This document shows, piece after piece, positions 52,959-64,000 of a stretch of 64,000 bases of DNA (position 1 is its first letter; each line of letters begins with the position of its first letter). Made by a program: the position numbers and the translations under genes. The DNA is from Octopus bimaculoides (Eukaryota): the NCBI RefSeq assembly GCF_001194135.2, contig NC_068991.1, positions 44,601,961 through 44,665,960 of the forward strand, in the 5' to 3' direction. The notes below the pieces were generated by a model. That model had not been told where the DNA came from. It made no database searches and saw only the letters and a program-made list of their open reading frames with translations.

Positions 52959-54124
52959 CTAGAAAAATTCAACAAAAGAATATATGTTTATTTTGTTAAA
53001 GAATAAGAGATTTCAGAATATTAGAGAAATGAAATTCCAATGATTAGAGTCAATGATTTTTATAATGAAAGTAGAAGAAAACCAATTTCTGCTTGTGTTT
53101 CAGGCAAAGCAGATATAATATACACTCTTAATATCTCTTTATAATTGCATTGTTTTTATCTTTTCTAAAAATTTCAGTTCGTAGTAGTGGATAATATTTC
53201 AATAACAGAAAAAATTCAGAAACAGTTTTGGAAGGATTTGATATGGAAATTGTGAACCATTCAACTGCTATGTGAAACTTTAGTTGACACCTTTATTTCC
53301 AGTTGCTTTTTATTTACTCTACGGGGAAAAAAAAAGAGAAAAAAAAAAACTAGTGCTTCAGCTTAAATATTTTGTTATTATATGACATAAGATTACACAT
53401 TGTCATATGAACATTCAATTTGTTCAGACACATTTTTGCTTCTTTTCTTAGAAGACATATTTTTATTGTTTGGCACCTTTACTACCTCAAATCCCTTAAT
53501 CTATTTCTAATTAAACAGAATGGGACATGTGAACATAATTTGTAAATATAGTTGAGAATTCAGTAAGAGATCTGGATTGAGGGATAAAAATAGGATGAGA
53601 GATAAAACAATAATGCTAAGGCTCTTTTCCTCTCATATAACTGTCAATTTCTTGGGCTCCAAGTGGCTAACTGTTTTCCTTATTCTTTAAGCTTGCTCTA
53701 TGTAAATGAGTGACTATAGAAAAGGATGAACATTAAAATTATCAAGTTAGGATACTGGTTTCACAAACTAAGGCAATAATTTGGTACTTATCATTTAATA
53801 AATACTCTTATTGTAAACACATTGTAACCCATGATAATGCATATTCCTATGAGGCATACTTAAATCACTGGCCAAGTGTTTTCAGTTTTTCCTTATATGC
53901 ATTATACTATTTTTATACATAATTATATTATTATGATTTTTACTGCAATGTTAATAGTTAAGTAATTAATAGAAAAAAGTACTTCTAGTAAGAAAATTGA
54001 TTTCATGGCTGTATCAAAATTGTTGAAAATATCATGACCAGTTACAATTAAGTGTTACAATGAATATCTAGGCATAAGAATGAAGAATATTGTTTAACAT
54101 AGTTAAAAAATAGAGAACAATTAA

Positions 54125-54335
54125 AACTCCCTTTGGTCATGAATGACCATGGGATTGCATCTAAAAAGTTCCCCTCTGAGGCACAAGTCAGGGTAAGGTT
54201 GTTTATAGAAGACCAGCAGTCACCCATGCATATCAGCATCTCCTCTCCACACCAATGATGTTATCCAGTGATGTTACAACTCATTTCTACAACTGAGTGA
54301 ACTGGAGCAACATGAAATAAAGTGTCTTGCTCAGA
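54125..54335 (-). mobile_element. SINE fragment (core and 3' part)
   Basis: ctccctttggtcatgaatgaccatggg...tgagtgaactggagcaacatgaaataaagtgtcttgctca. The reverse strand resembles the post-tRNA block of the other SINE copies. Confidence 0.55.
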
Positions 54336-54613
54336 AAAAACTAATACAGTAACAACATTTTTTTTTATTGAGCACTATCTTATCCATATTATTACAAGTG
54401 TGGTGATAATTAAATGAAATAATTCATATATGTACATGTATGATATTTTTTTATATATTTGACATTTTTTTCAAATATTTGATATTTTTAAAATCAAATA
54501 TTTGATACTTTTTTGCACAATGTGAGAATAATTAAATGGAAATATTAGTATTCCTAAATAATTCTCAGCCTATGAATTGAACCTGAGTTATTTTAATGTA
54601 TGATAAACAGACA

Positions 54614-54615
<2 letters not shown>

Positions 54616-54660
<45 letters not shown>

Positions 54661-54745
54661 ATGTACATATGTATGTACATATGTACATATGTACATACGT
54701 ACATACATACATACATACATACATACATACAGACACACATACATA
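54616..54745. repeat. (GT)n then (ACAT)n microsatellite
   Basis: Read directly. Similar (CA)n/(TA)n tracts occur at 148, 2148, 3989, 5841, 10815, 12369, 17864, 48577 and 50939. Confidence 0.95.
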
Positions 54746-55777
54746 CAATAGTTAGTCATGCTAGGTGGTAAAGAGATATAAAAGCTTTTTGTAATGGTTT
54801 CCAGGTGTTCCCCAATGACCTAAAACTAACAAAATCAATCAATAGTCATTGAGAAAATTGAAAAGAAATATAAACATGAATATCTGTTATTATATTGTAC
54901 ATTAGTGTCTTATATATAAAATCTGGCTGTATTCATTTCTGTCTTAATAGGCAATATAAACTCAAATGCAATGAATTTATTTTAGAGTGTATATGGTAGA
55001 CAGCTGCATGTTTTAGCTGCATGTTTTAGACATCAACCATCAACAATTATTGTGATCTAATTAAGTTTTCAAAGCATTTATATAAGGCATTTAATGTGGA
55101 TGATTTCCCTGAGTTATTTCCCTCAGTTACTATGTTATTGTGTCACACCTGTGTATACCTGTCTTTGTATATGAATATATTTATTTCTCTGTCTATATTG
55201 ATTTCAAAGATATGTGAATGACTGCTTCACTGAGGAGATTTAATAACTAAAACATATCCAGAGTTGTCACTTTGTTAAAGATTAGAGTATCCTTTTATTT
55301 ACCACATTATCTAATTCCAATTCTAATATTTTGGGAACCTGGTGCATCAACTCATTTCAAATGTCCTTTTTCTTTTTGATGTAGGGTTGTTGCCCTTGCT
55401 TTTGTTTAGTTTCAGCATTGTTCTACGATGTTTGTCTCTCCTTGATTGATTTAAGTTATGCTGCTCACTGCATTTGGTATATTAGCACTTCATTAGTTAT
55501 TTTTGCTTCTATTTTGTATTAAGATTAGTACACATGCAAAATAATGTGGATTAACTGGATTTAGAAGATTTGATACCTTTTCACTTAAGTGTTTATGAAA
55601 ACGTCAAGTAAAGACATGAATATAATAAAATCTTTCTATTTCACATCTATAAACCTGAAGTGTTATACTTAAGTAAAACATTATTTGCCAAGTTCTTGAA
55701 TGATCATGATTATCATAATGGCAGAGTTGATTAGATTTCAGTGAATAATAAAACCTGAATAATATTCTTAAACACCT

Positions 55778-56375
55778 TTTACACCTCAGCATTCAGACTG
55801 TTCTGTCAAATGTAATGCTTATTTATTCACATTCATCATCATAATTTAACACCTGTTGTCCATGCTGGCATGGGTTGGACAGTTTGACCGGGGTTGGCAT
55901 GCTGGAAGGCTGCACCAGACTCCAGTCTGATATGGCATAAATTTCTATGGATGGATGCCCTTCCTAGCACCAACCACTTCAAGAGTGTAATGGGTACTTT
56001 TTACGTGCCACTAGTACAGATGCCATTTGTGTGACACCGGTATCTGCCACAACCGTGATTTTGCTCAGCTTGATGGGTCTTTTTCTCGAGCATGACATAA
56101 TGCCAAAGGTTTCGGTCAGTGCCTCCATGAGGTCCAATACTCAAAAGGAACTCAGCCACTTTTTCTCTATGAGGCCCAATGCTCAAAAGGTGTTTTTTAC
56201 GTTCCACTGGCACATTGTTTTGAATTAATCATGCATAATCTTGTAGCTTCAAGACTTTGATGATGTGATAGCTTATTTCTAAAATGACATTGCAGGGTAA
56301 GTTTCAGAGGCTAGATCTAGTCATTCTGAACATAAAACAGGTAGATATGGGCTGGTTTAAACGCTAAAGGGTTAA
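55778..56375. mobile_element. TTAA-ended (piggyBac-like) MITE interrupted by an RTE-tail copy (55834-56210, minus)
   Basis: Right end AACGCTAAAGGG|TTAA, with a decayed matching left end at about 55780. The insert starts with (cat)n and is flanked by cacatt at 55828 and 56211. Confidence 0.55.
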
Positions 56376-56552
56376 AATATTGTGAAAAGTGTTTACAGAT
56401 AGATTGTTGATTGCCAATGGTTTCAAGTTATAGCAATTACTGAGACTTCAAGAAACCTATCTGAAAATTTGATATTAACCTTCTATAAAATATTCAATGA
56501 TGCTTAAAAAGAAATATTAAACTTTTTAAAGAAATTACTAAAAATTACTTAC

Positions 56553-56636
56553 TCCGCTGTGGGTAGAGGATTATCCTTCATTGTCATGAATACACAGTTG
56601 CAAACGATGGTCAAGATGACCACAAGGCTGAAAAGT
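56553..56636 (-). CDS. Nav1: Nav exon 3 (DI-S1: LFSLVVILTIVCNCVFMTMKDNPLPTAE), 84 nt
   Basis: Follows the AC acceptor, S1 motif TIxxNCVFMT, donor GA|GTAAGT, phase 2. Confidence 0.95.
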
Positions 56637-57818
56637 GTATGGATGCTAAGGAAGTCAATAACAAAGAATCTTACATAAAATTAAATCAAAATTAATAATA
56701 AATAACAACCAGAACAACTTCAACATTAACCCCAGTACTATTATCAGTATATTCATTCTGCCTTTCATAACCTTCTACTATAACTGATCAACTAAGTGCC
56801 ATTTATATATTGAGATTGCCTTGAATTTATCCCATCTGTCAAACAAATTAGTTTATTTCCTGCTAAAAGAAATAATGATAATCCATGCACCAATCAACAA
56901 ATGTACAGACATGCAAAATTCTAATGTTTGCTCATTCCTTTCAATTTAAATTGCTATAGACTCATCATAACTTGATCACTCCAGACTTACTCAGCAACAT
57001 ATTACATCAGTAAGTAGTATATACTGATTACATATGGAGATTGAGAAAGTTTTGAACAATCAAGCTATGACTAGAGTTGAACAAAATTAATTCTGTACTT
57101 GTATACATTTGAAGATCCTTCGAAATTTTACAGACTTCTACAATCATTGCTTCTATTTTTACTACAATGCCAAATTATAGCACTGACAAGAGAACTTATT
57201 TCTAGAGTGGAAAGGGAATCTCTTTGTCCTGAATAAAAAAACTCTTGAAAAAAGTTTTCAGTCATAGCTCTCTGAGCTTATCTTTACTCTGATTATGATT
57301 TAACTTTTCATATTCATTCATTTATCATTTGTCCATACAACCATATAATATTCATTTTCTCTCCAAAGCAATATCCTTTTCATAAACATTTTATTCTGCT
57401 ATAAACATTTAAATTTTCCAATTTCACAATCCTTTCAAACTTTTACTGGCTATAACACTAACAAGACAATAACTTAGTTTTAGAATAGATAGTGAATCTC
57501 TATGTCCTGAACAAAATCTCTTGAAATAAATTTTCAGTTTAATTGCTGAAATCATTAGATTTTAAGTTAACTAACTGATACACCATTTCTTTTTCACACA
57601 TGTTACTTGTTTCTGGGCAATAAGGTAATTATCTAAACAATCACTTTTCATTGAATCAAACTGTAGATAATACTATGTTTCCTGCCCAATAGCTGCACTA
57701 CCTTAACTGTTCATCTTCTGTGATACATGGAACTAAATTTTAATCACCAAAATAAATCATACAAAAAAAAGATTATATACAAAAGTGCAAGAAATCAAAG
57801 TCATTTTGAAAAGGATAT
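56637..57818 (-). other. U12-type (minor spliceosome) AT-AC intron, 1182 nt
   Basis: 5' end ATATCCTTTT at 57818, branch-like TTCCTTAGC at 56653-56645, 3' end CATAC at 56637. Removing it joins CC+A into Pro and keeps the frame. Confidence 0.93.
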
Positions 57819-57937
57819 GGATGGACCAATATACAAATAGCAAGTCGTCTTAATGGGTTAAATGGACTCAACAGAAAAATGGCTTTCGTTGCGGAAAATC
57901 TGAAGATTGTTTTATCTCTTGCTATTACACAAAAGCA
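57819..57937 (-). CDS. Nav1: Nav exon 2 ([40 protein letters not shown]), 119 nt
   Basis: Acceptor tttctttatgttacag, in frame with exon 1, motifs IFRFSAT and PFNPLR. Ends at the U12 donor ATATCCTTTT. Absent from the ORF track. Confidence 0.96.
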
Positions 57938-58715
57938 CTGTAACATAAAGAAATAAAATGATACAAATGAATTTTTTCATCATTAAAATGCATTCTAGTG
58001 CAACAAGTAAATACAATTTTGATACATTTTTCACGATGACAAATCCCCCCCTCCCACAAACACACACCAAGACACTGACAGGTGAAAAGTGAAAATTGGA
58101 GGAAAATGTCTCTTTTCTTTTAGTTTCTGAATAATAAATCCTTTAATAAAATCAAGTAGTGGGGATGAAATAAAATTTGATATTCATAGAAACTTGATAT
58201 ATTTTTAAGCTATTATTTTACTAGATGCTTTTATATTGAAAAAGAAAAATAGAAAAGATACACTGTATCTTTAGTTGCTATAAGAGGCAACTAAAAAGGT
58301 TGCTGACAGATAGAGAAACCTGGCTGTAAAACATTGCATTAAAGAGGGAGCCATGTTGAATATGATTAGACTGACATAGAGCTTGCAAGGTAAACCCTTC
58401 TTTGACAAGGAAAATTATTTTTGTTGTTATCAGGGTTGTGTACTTTTAAAAGATTTTGAAATTTGATTTGTTTCCTTCTATGGTTTTGTCAGAAAATTTA
58501 AAAGGAAAGGTGTTTATGGCTATTACCTATGATATATTGAGTGATACATGAGTTATAATTAAATTATATGAATAATTAAGTGATGTTTCTATTGCACTGT
58601 AGGGTACAAAACAAATATAAACAAATACATTTTTGCTATCTGAAGCTTTTTTTTTTTTACTACCACAGAGAAATAGTAATGCTTGGAGGAAATGTGCTAG
58701 TTGGTGATAGTTCTA

Positions 58716-59999
58716 TTAGGTTGTTCCGAAAATAATGGCTGATTTCAGAAACATAACTTTATTTTGGAAAAATTAACAATAGAAATGTTTTGATTAGCCA
58801 AAGTATGAGCCGTGAGCATCTATGCATCTCTGCCATCAATCAACAAGATTATTTATGCATCGTTGATAAAAACTTATTGGATTTGATGCTAAGAAATCTT
58901 TGAAAGCTGATGTCACCTCTGGTTTGGACCTGAAAGTTTTATCACTTAAAAACGTGTTTAAAGGCTTAAAAAAATGGTAGTCAGTGGGTGAAAGATAAGG
59001 AGAATATGGAGGATGTGGTAAAGTCTCATATCCCAAGTCTGTGAGTTCCTGCAGTGTCATTCTTGCAACATGTGACTTTGCATTATCATGGAGCAGAATT
59101 GGGCTATGCTGATTCACCAATGCAGGTCTCATTTTTCACAAGTGAGCATGCATTTCAGTGAGTTGATTGCAGTAAACCTCTGCTGTAATGCTCTGATTGG
59201 CTTCCAGAAAGCTGTAATGAACAACACCAATTGCAGACCACCAGACAGTCACCATAATCTTTTACTGATGCAACTTTGGCTTTGGAAAATGTTTGGGGGA
59301 CTCATCATGATCAAGCCATTGACCTGATCATTTATAGTTATCATAAAGGATCCACTTTGCATCACAAGTGGCTATTTGGTCAAGAAAAAGATCATTGGTG
59401 TTTCGCAGAAAGAGCATTGAGCACACTTCAAAATGCTGAACTTTTTGATTTTCATTGAGCTCATGCTGTACCCATTTATCAAGCTTTTTCACCTTACCAA
59501 TCTTCTGCAGATTGTGTGAAACTGTTGCAATACTGACACCAAGTGCCTGAGACATTTCTTTGACACTTTGACGTGGGTTTTGTTCAACAATTGCTTTTCA
59601 ATTGTTCATTGTCAAGACTGCCTGACTGTCTTCTTTCTTCTTGATCTTCAACGCACTCATCACCACAACAGAATTTCTGAAACCACCTTCGTACTGTGTG
59701 ATCACTTGTGGACCCTCTCCCTATGCTCTGTTGAAATTGGCAGCAGTTTGGGAGGCATTGTGCCCAAGCTTGAACTCATGCAAGAAAAGTAAGCAAAGGT
59801 CCTTTTTTGTCATGTTCATAATTAAGGGTGCCTATGCTTCAAGAATGTTTTCTGTCTGAAATAAGTAGAAAATTATTAAAGAGCATACATCAATTATTAG
59901 GTATGTCAAAATTCACCTAAAATATTATTAAAATACTATGATAAAATTGCATTTCAAAACACAACACTTAGAGTGGCCATTATATTTGGAACAACCTAA
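58716..59999 (-). mobile_element. Full-length (1284 nt) decayed mariner transposon
   Basis: TA|TTAGGTTGTTCC...GGAACAACCTAA|TA. Transposase pieces KKLDKWVQHEL, TCDAKWILYDN, LLHDNAKSH and HPPYSPYLSPTDYHFF, with frameshifts. Confidence 0.95.
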
Positions 60000-61022
60000 T
60001 AGTAGGATGTGTTAAGTTTAAGCAAAGACATTTTTGAAGAATTGGCAGAAAACATATAATCATTCTCTGGAGAAGCAGTTGTAAGTCAGTTAACAATGTC
60101 AATAGTCGAAATCCTTACATTAGTCTCCAATTTATTTGTGTCAGTTTTCTAAAACTTGAATTTTCTTAAATGAATTTTCTTAGGTGTAATTAATAATTTG
60201 AAAATGTACAGTAGTGGTTTCCAAAGTAGGCAATATTTTCTCACCTTCCTTGAGGGCAGGGAGTATAGTGGAAAGATCCAAAGAGTCATGAGGAAAAAGG
60301 GACCAATATAGTCAATCTCTTATGTAATGACACAGTCATTTATTATATTTAAGTGTTATCTAATACTTCATGAATGCACATATATTGATATTATATTCAG
60401 AGTGGTTAAGTACCACTTTTTGAGTGATAATATCCTAACAAGCAGCGTAAAATCTTGAGTCCTGTACAGATAATAAAATCTCTCGACCTCCTACACATTA
60501 GATTATTGATATATTAATCAATAATGCTGTATATAGATATGCCTGAGACTTCAGGATCCTTTTTACTTTTGCTAAAAATACGAGACTGGGCAATCAACCC
60601 ATTCCTGGATATCAAGAATGAGGAAACAGGAATGGTAGAGGAAGAATTGATTTCACTCTAAAATGACACTAAAATAAGGCCAAAATATGAAAAAGATTAA
60701 AAAAAATTACATTATAATGATTATCAGTTACAAAAATACATTTCTCTCTGCGATCTGCATTATTGAACAAAGTCAAGATGTATTTTATTGTTTTCCTAAC
60801 ATCATATTTAGTGGATGTAGTAGAACAAGGCTTCAGTGCATTGTCCCAGTTTCTTTCCAAACAAAGAGACTAAAAATTACTGAATGTGAGGACCTAAGAC
60901 TTTTCTCAGTACATTCCTGATTGATGTTGAGAAGTTGATACACCTGCATTAAGCATTGCCATCCCATTAAAACTGTGAAGGCAATGTAGTCACATGTGAA
61001 ATGTAAATTTACTTGCTCATAT

Positions 61023-61237
61023 TGGTTTCAAATTTTGGCACAAGGCCAGCAATTTTGAGGGAGGGGGTATATCAATTACACTGACCCAGTATTCAACTGG
61101 TATTTATTTTATTGACCCCCAAAAAGATGATAGGTAAATTTGACCTCAGTGGAATTTGAACTCAGAACCTAAAGATGGATGAAATGCTGCTAGGCATTTT
61201 GCCTGCCATGCTGATAATTCAGCCAGCTCACCACCTT
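61023..61237 (-). mobile_element. SINE-like repeat, complete reverse copy
   Basis: tggtttcaaattttggcacaaggcc...tgacctcagtggaatttgaactc...tgctaggcattttgcc, the inverse of 27556-27713. Confidence 0.8.
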
Positions 61238-62492
61238 AAATTTACTTGTCATACTGTTGACTAAATCAATTTATTGGATTAAGTTTTAATTTGTAAAATA
61301 CATAAGTTTGTTTACAGTGATAGATTAGCTATTGTAAATCTGCAGTAGACTAAATACTGATACCAAGAAAGAAGTGTGTTTGTTGTATGTGAGTGCATAG
61401 GATGGGGTGTTAGGGATGTGGCTTGTGAGCAAAGAAGGGCAGCAACTGGAAAAAGTCTAAGAACCATTGATCAACAGTAACTATTTCAGCTTGATCTTAA
61501 TCCCAAAATATGAATGTGCAGCATTCACATTCCTGTCCCATAGATTGTTAATTCTTGTAATAACATTTATTTTATTCTTTCAGTATCTAAAATTATCATA
61601 TCTTATACTTTAGGGATACTGGTCATAATTTAAGAACTCTTTCTTTTTGGAATATGTTTGATAGACTTGAATCTTTTACTCTTTCCCTTTGATCATAAAA
61701 TATACTTCTAAAATTTTAAGATTTTCACCCATTTTTATATTAATTTCTAAAATAAATTTATTCCATCTCCCCTTACTGTTACAAAATAAATTTTCATTGA
61801 CAGAAGAACAATTTTAAAATATATTTTTATAAAAAAAGAAAGCTTTCAAAATCCCATCATCACATTATCATATATCACATTTGTTTAGGCTTTAAAGAAA
61901 TCAAACTTGTTCTTAATTCTGGAGCCATTCCTAATTAGTTGAGTTAATAAACAATTCTTAAAATAGTAATTTCATTATGATAAAATGGTTGATACAACTT
62001 AAATATTATCATATCTCCAATAAGAGATGAGCAATAATGTAAAATTTGGCATAAAGAATTAGCAAGTATAGACAAAAGTCTTAATTAAAATATTTGACAA
62101 AAGTGTTATGGCTGTTATTGTTAGTCTGGCTATAAGAATAAGTGTACTAGTATCAAGCTACAAAGAAAAAAAAAGAAAAGAAAAAAGCAAGAGCACTGCA
62201 TAAACAAACCTATTTATTGTTTATTGATTTGTATAAATTGGAAAACAGTTTTAAATGCTGGGATTTGCTCAATAACTAACAATCATACACTAAATAAACT
62301 TCTGTGGGTTTTCTTTCCTTATATAGTTAAGCGACAAATTCTGTCTTTGGGAAAACAACTTATACAACCAAAAGATATCTACTAACATTTATAGAAATTA
62401 GAATTCGTAAATTATTTCAATCAAATTATTTTGACTTGCACATTATTCAGAATCAATTAAAAATTTATAGGAAAAAGTTATGTTTAACAAAC

Positions 62493-62774
62493 CTTCATAT
62501 TATGATAGTACTCATCAAGATCTTCCAGTGGCCGACCCTGAAACTTTCCAGGCACCTCCCCAATAGAAGGGGGAAGGCCTTTACCAGCTTCAAACTTAGG
62601 ATTCGGCTTCAGTTCCATTACATTTTCTTCTTCATCAGAATCTGCGTCCTCTGCTTGAGCACGCCTCTCGGCAATCCGGCGTTCGATGTCAAACAAGGTT
62701 TCCCTTGTGAACAGCCGGAAATACCCGGAACTACGAGTATCTGCTTCAGCTTCCACATCTCTGTCCGTTTCCAT
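62493..62774 (-). CDS. Nav1: Voltage-gated sodium channel alpha subunit, coding exon 1 (N-terminus METDRDVEAE...FRLFTRETLFDIERRIAE...PNPKFEAGKGLP...PLEDLDEYYHNMK, 94 aa)
   Basis: ATG at 62774 in GCCATGG context. Family motifs FRxFTRESL, PNPxLEAGKxLP and PLEDLDxYY are present. Donor AAG|GTTTGT at 62492, phase 0. An upstream acceptor (ttttttgctttcttttcag) starts the exon at 62860. Confidence 0.96.
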
Positions 62775-62860
62775 GGCTTTTATCACTACTCTCCTTCTTA
62801 GCTAGCACCAACCACACTGATTCTAAAAAATGATCCAGTGTAGCATCCTTTGAGGAAATA
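62775..62860 (-). promoter_or_regulatory. Spliced 5' UTR part of the first coding exon, containing a 7-codon uORF (62846-62823, MLHWIIF*)
   Basis: Strong acceptor at 62862-62861 implies an upstream non-coding exon. ATG...TAG read directly from the sequence. Confidence 0.7.
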
Positions 62861-63379
62861 CTGAAAAGAAAGCAAAAAACATATGTGATATTTGCTTCTT
62901 TTTAAAAGAATTTTAGCATTTATCAACAATAATAATAGTTTCTAACATGGGCGAAAAAACAACATTTTGGGATAGGTATAGTTGATTACATTGAACACAG
63001 TACTTTACCAGTACTTATTTATTGGCTTTGAAAAATAAGAGACATAATTAACTCACAACATAAAAAGATAACTAAATACAGTAAAGAATTTTGCCACATA
63101 ATCTACTGATTCTGCCATCCACCCAAATTCTAAAACATGAATAACAATGAGCTAACTAGGAAGCTTCAATGTAGTTACTTGGCCTGCTAGAAATCACACT
63201 TTACCATCTGAAAAAAAGGAAGGACCCTTTGAATAAGCTAGTCCTAGGTACACTACCTGAAAGGAAGAGGGATGGTTACAGTTGGAACACCTTTGATCAT
63301 GCACCTGTTTGTTTAGGGCTCATCCAGAGCTAAACAATGACACCAGTAATAATAACTTTGAGCTTTTATATAACTCTTA

Positions 63380-63745
63380 TCATCATCATCATCATCAACA
63401 TCATTTAACGTCCGTGTTCCATGCTGGCATGGCTTGGACGGTTTGACTGGGGACTGGCAAGCCAGTAGGCTGCACCAGGCTCCGATTTGATCTGGCAAGG
63501 TTTCTACAGCTGGATGCCCTTCCTAATGCCAACCACTCCAAGAGTGTAGTGGGTGCTGTTTATGTGCCACTGGCATGGGAACCAGTCAGATGGCACTGGC
63601 ATCAATCACTTTTGGATGGTGCTTTTTACATGCCAACAGCACAGGAGCCAATTGGGATGGAGGGTGGTTGGCATCAACCATGTTTTTATGTGGCACTGGC
63701 ATTGGGCACAACTACAATTTCCATTTTGATTTTGATCTTGATTTG
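63380..63745 (-). mobile_element. RTE-tail copy
   Basis: (cat)n...tttaacgtccgtgttccatgctggcatgg...gctggatgcccttcctaatgccaaccactcc. Confidence 0.85.
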
Positions 63746-64000
63746 ATTTTGATTAATCAAAATCAACTCTGCCAGTAACAATTATAATAATTGGTTCTAC
63801 TAAAGGCACAAAGCCTGAATTTGAGACAGTTGTCAGCTGATACTTGATTGGTATTTTATTTTATCAATCTCAAAAGGATGAAAGGCAAAGAGTTGGTCTC
63901 TTTGAACTCAGAATGTAAAGAAGCAAAAGAAATACTGCAAAGTGTTTTGTCAAAATACTCTAATGAGTCTTTCTTTAAAACATTTTAATATATTATGGTT

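Noticed and set aside
62775-62786. ORF-track start MIKA before METDRD
   Set aside because: That start is a GTG. The ATG at 62774 has an optimal context and is the first in-frame ATG.

Overview
AT-rich, microsatellite-dense animal genomic DNA with nine N-gaps. The repeat content and protein sequence point to a coleoid cephalopod, most likely Octopus (inference). The window is almost entirely the 5' part of one minus-strand voltage-gated sodium channel alpha-subunit gene (Nav1/para/SCN family). I reconstructed 10 phase-consistent coding exons by hand (62774 to 9283, 1494 nt, 498 aa) covering the N-terminus, all of domain I (S1-S6 and pore loop QDYWEN) and the start of the I-II linker, plus a candidate 24-nt microexon at 7571-7594. 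The ORF track shows only parts of four of these exons. Intron 2 is a minor-spliceosome AT-AC intron. The introns hold a near-full-length antisense RTE LINE with a PHD finger inside its RT, a full-length decayed mariner, a fold-back mariner, Penelope-like and other LINE remnants, MITEs, SINEs and simple repeats. I see no prokaryote-type system and no clearly new gene. The best leads are RNA-level: the U12 intron, microexon and poison-exon candidates, a uORF, intronic hairpins and the RTE-PHD architecture.
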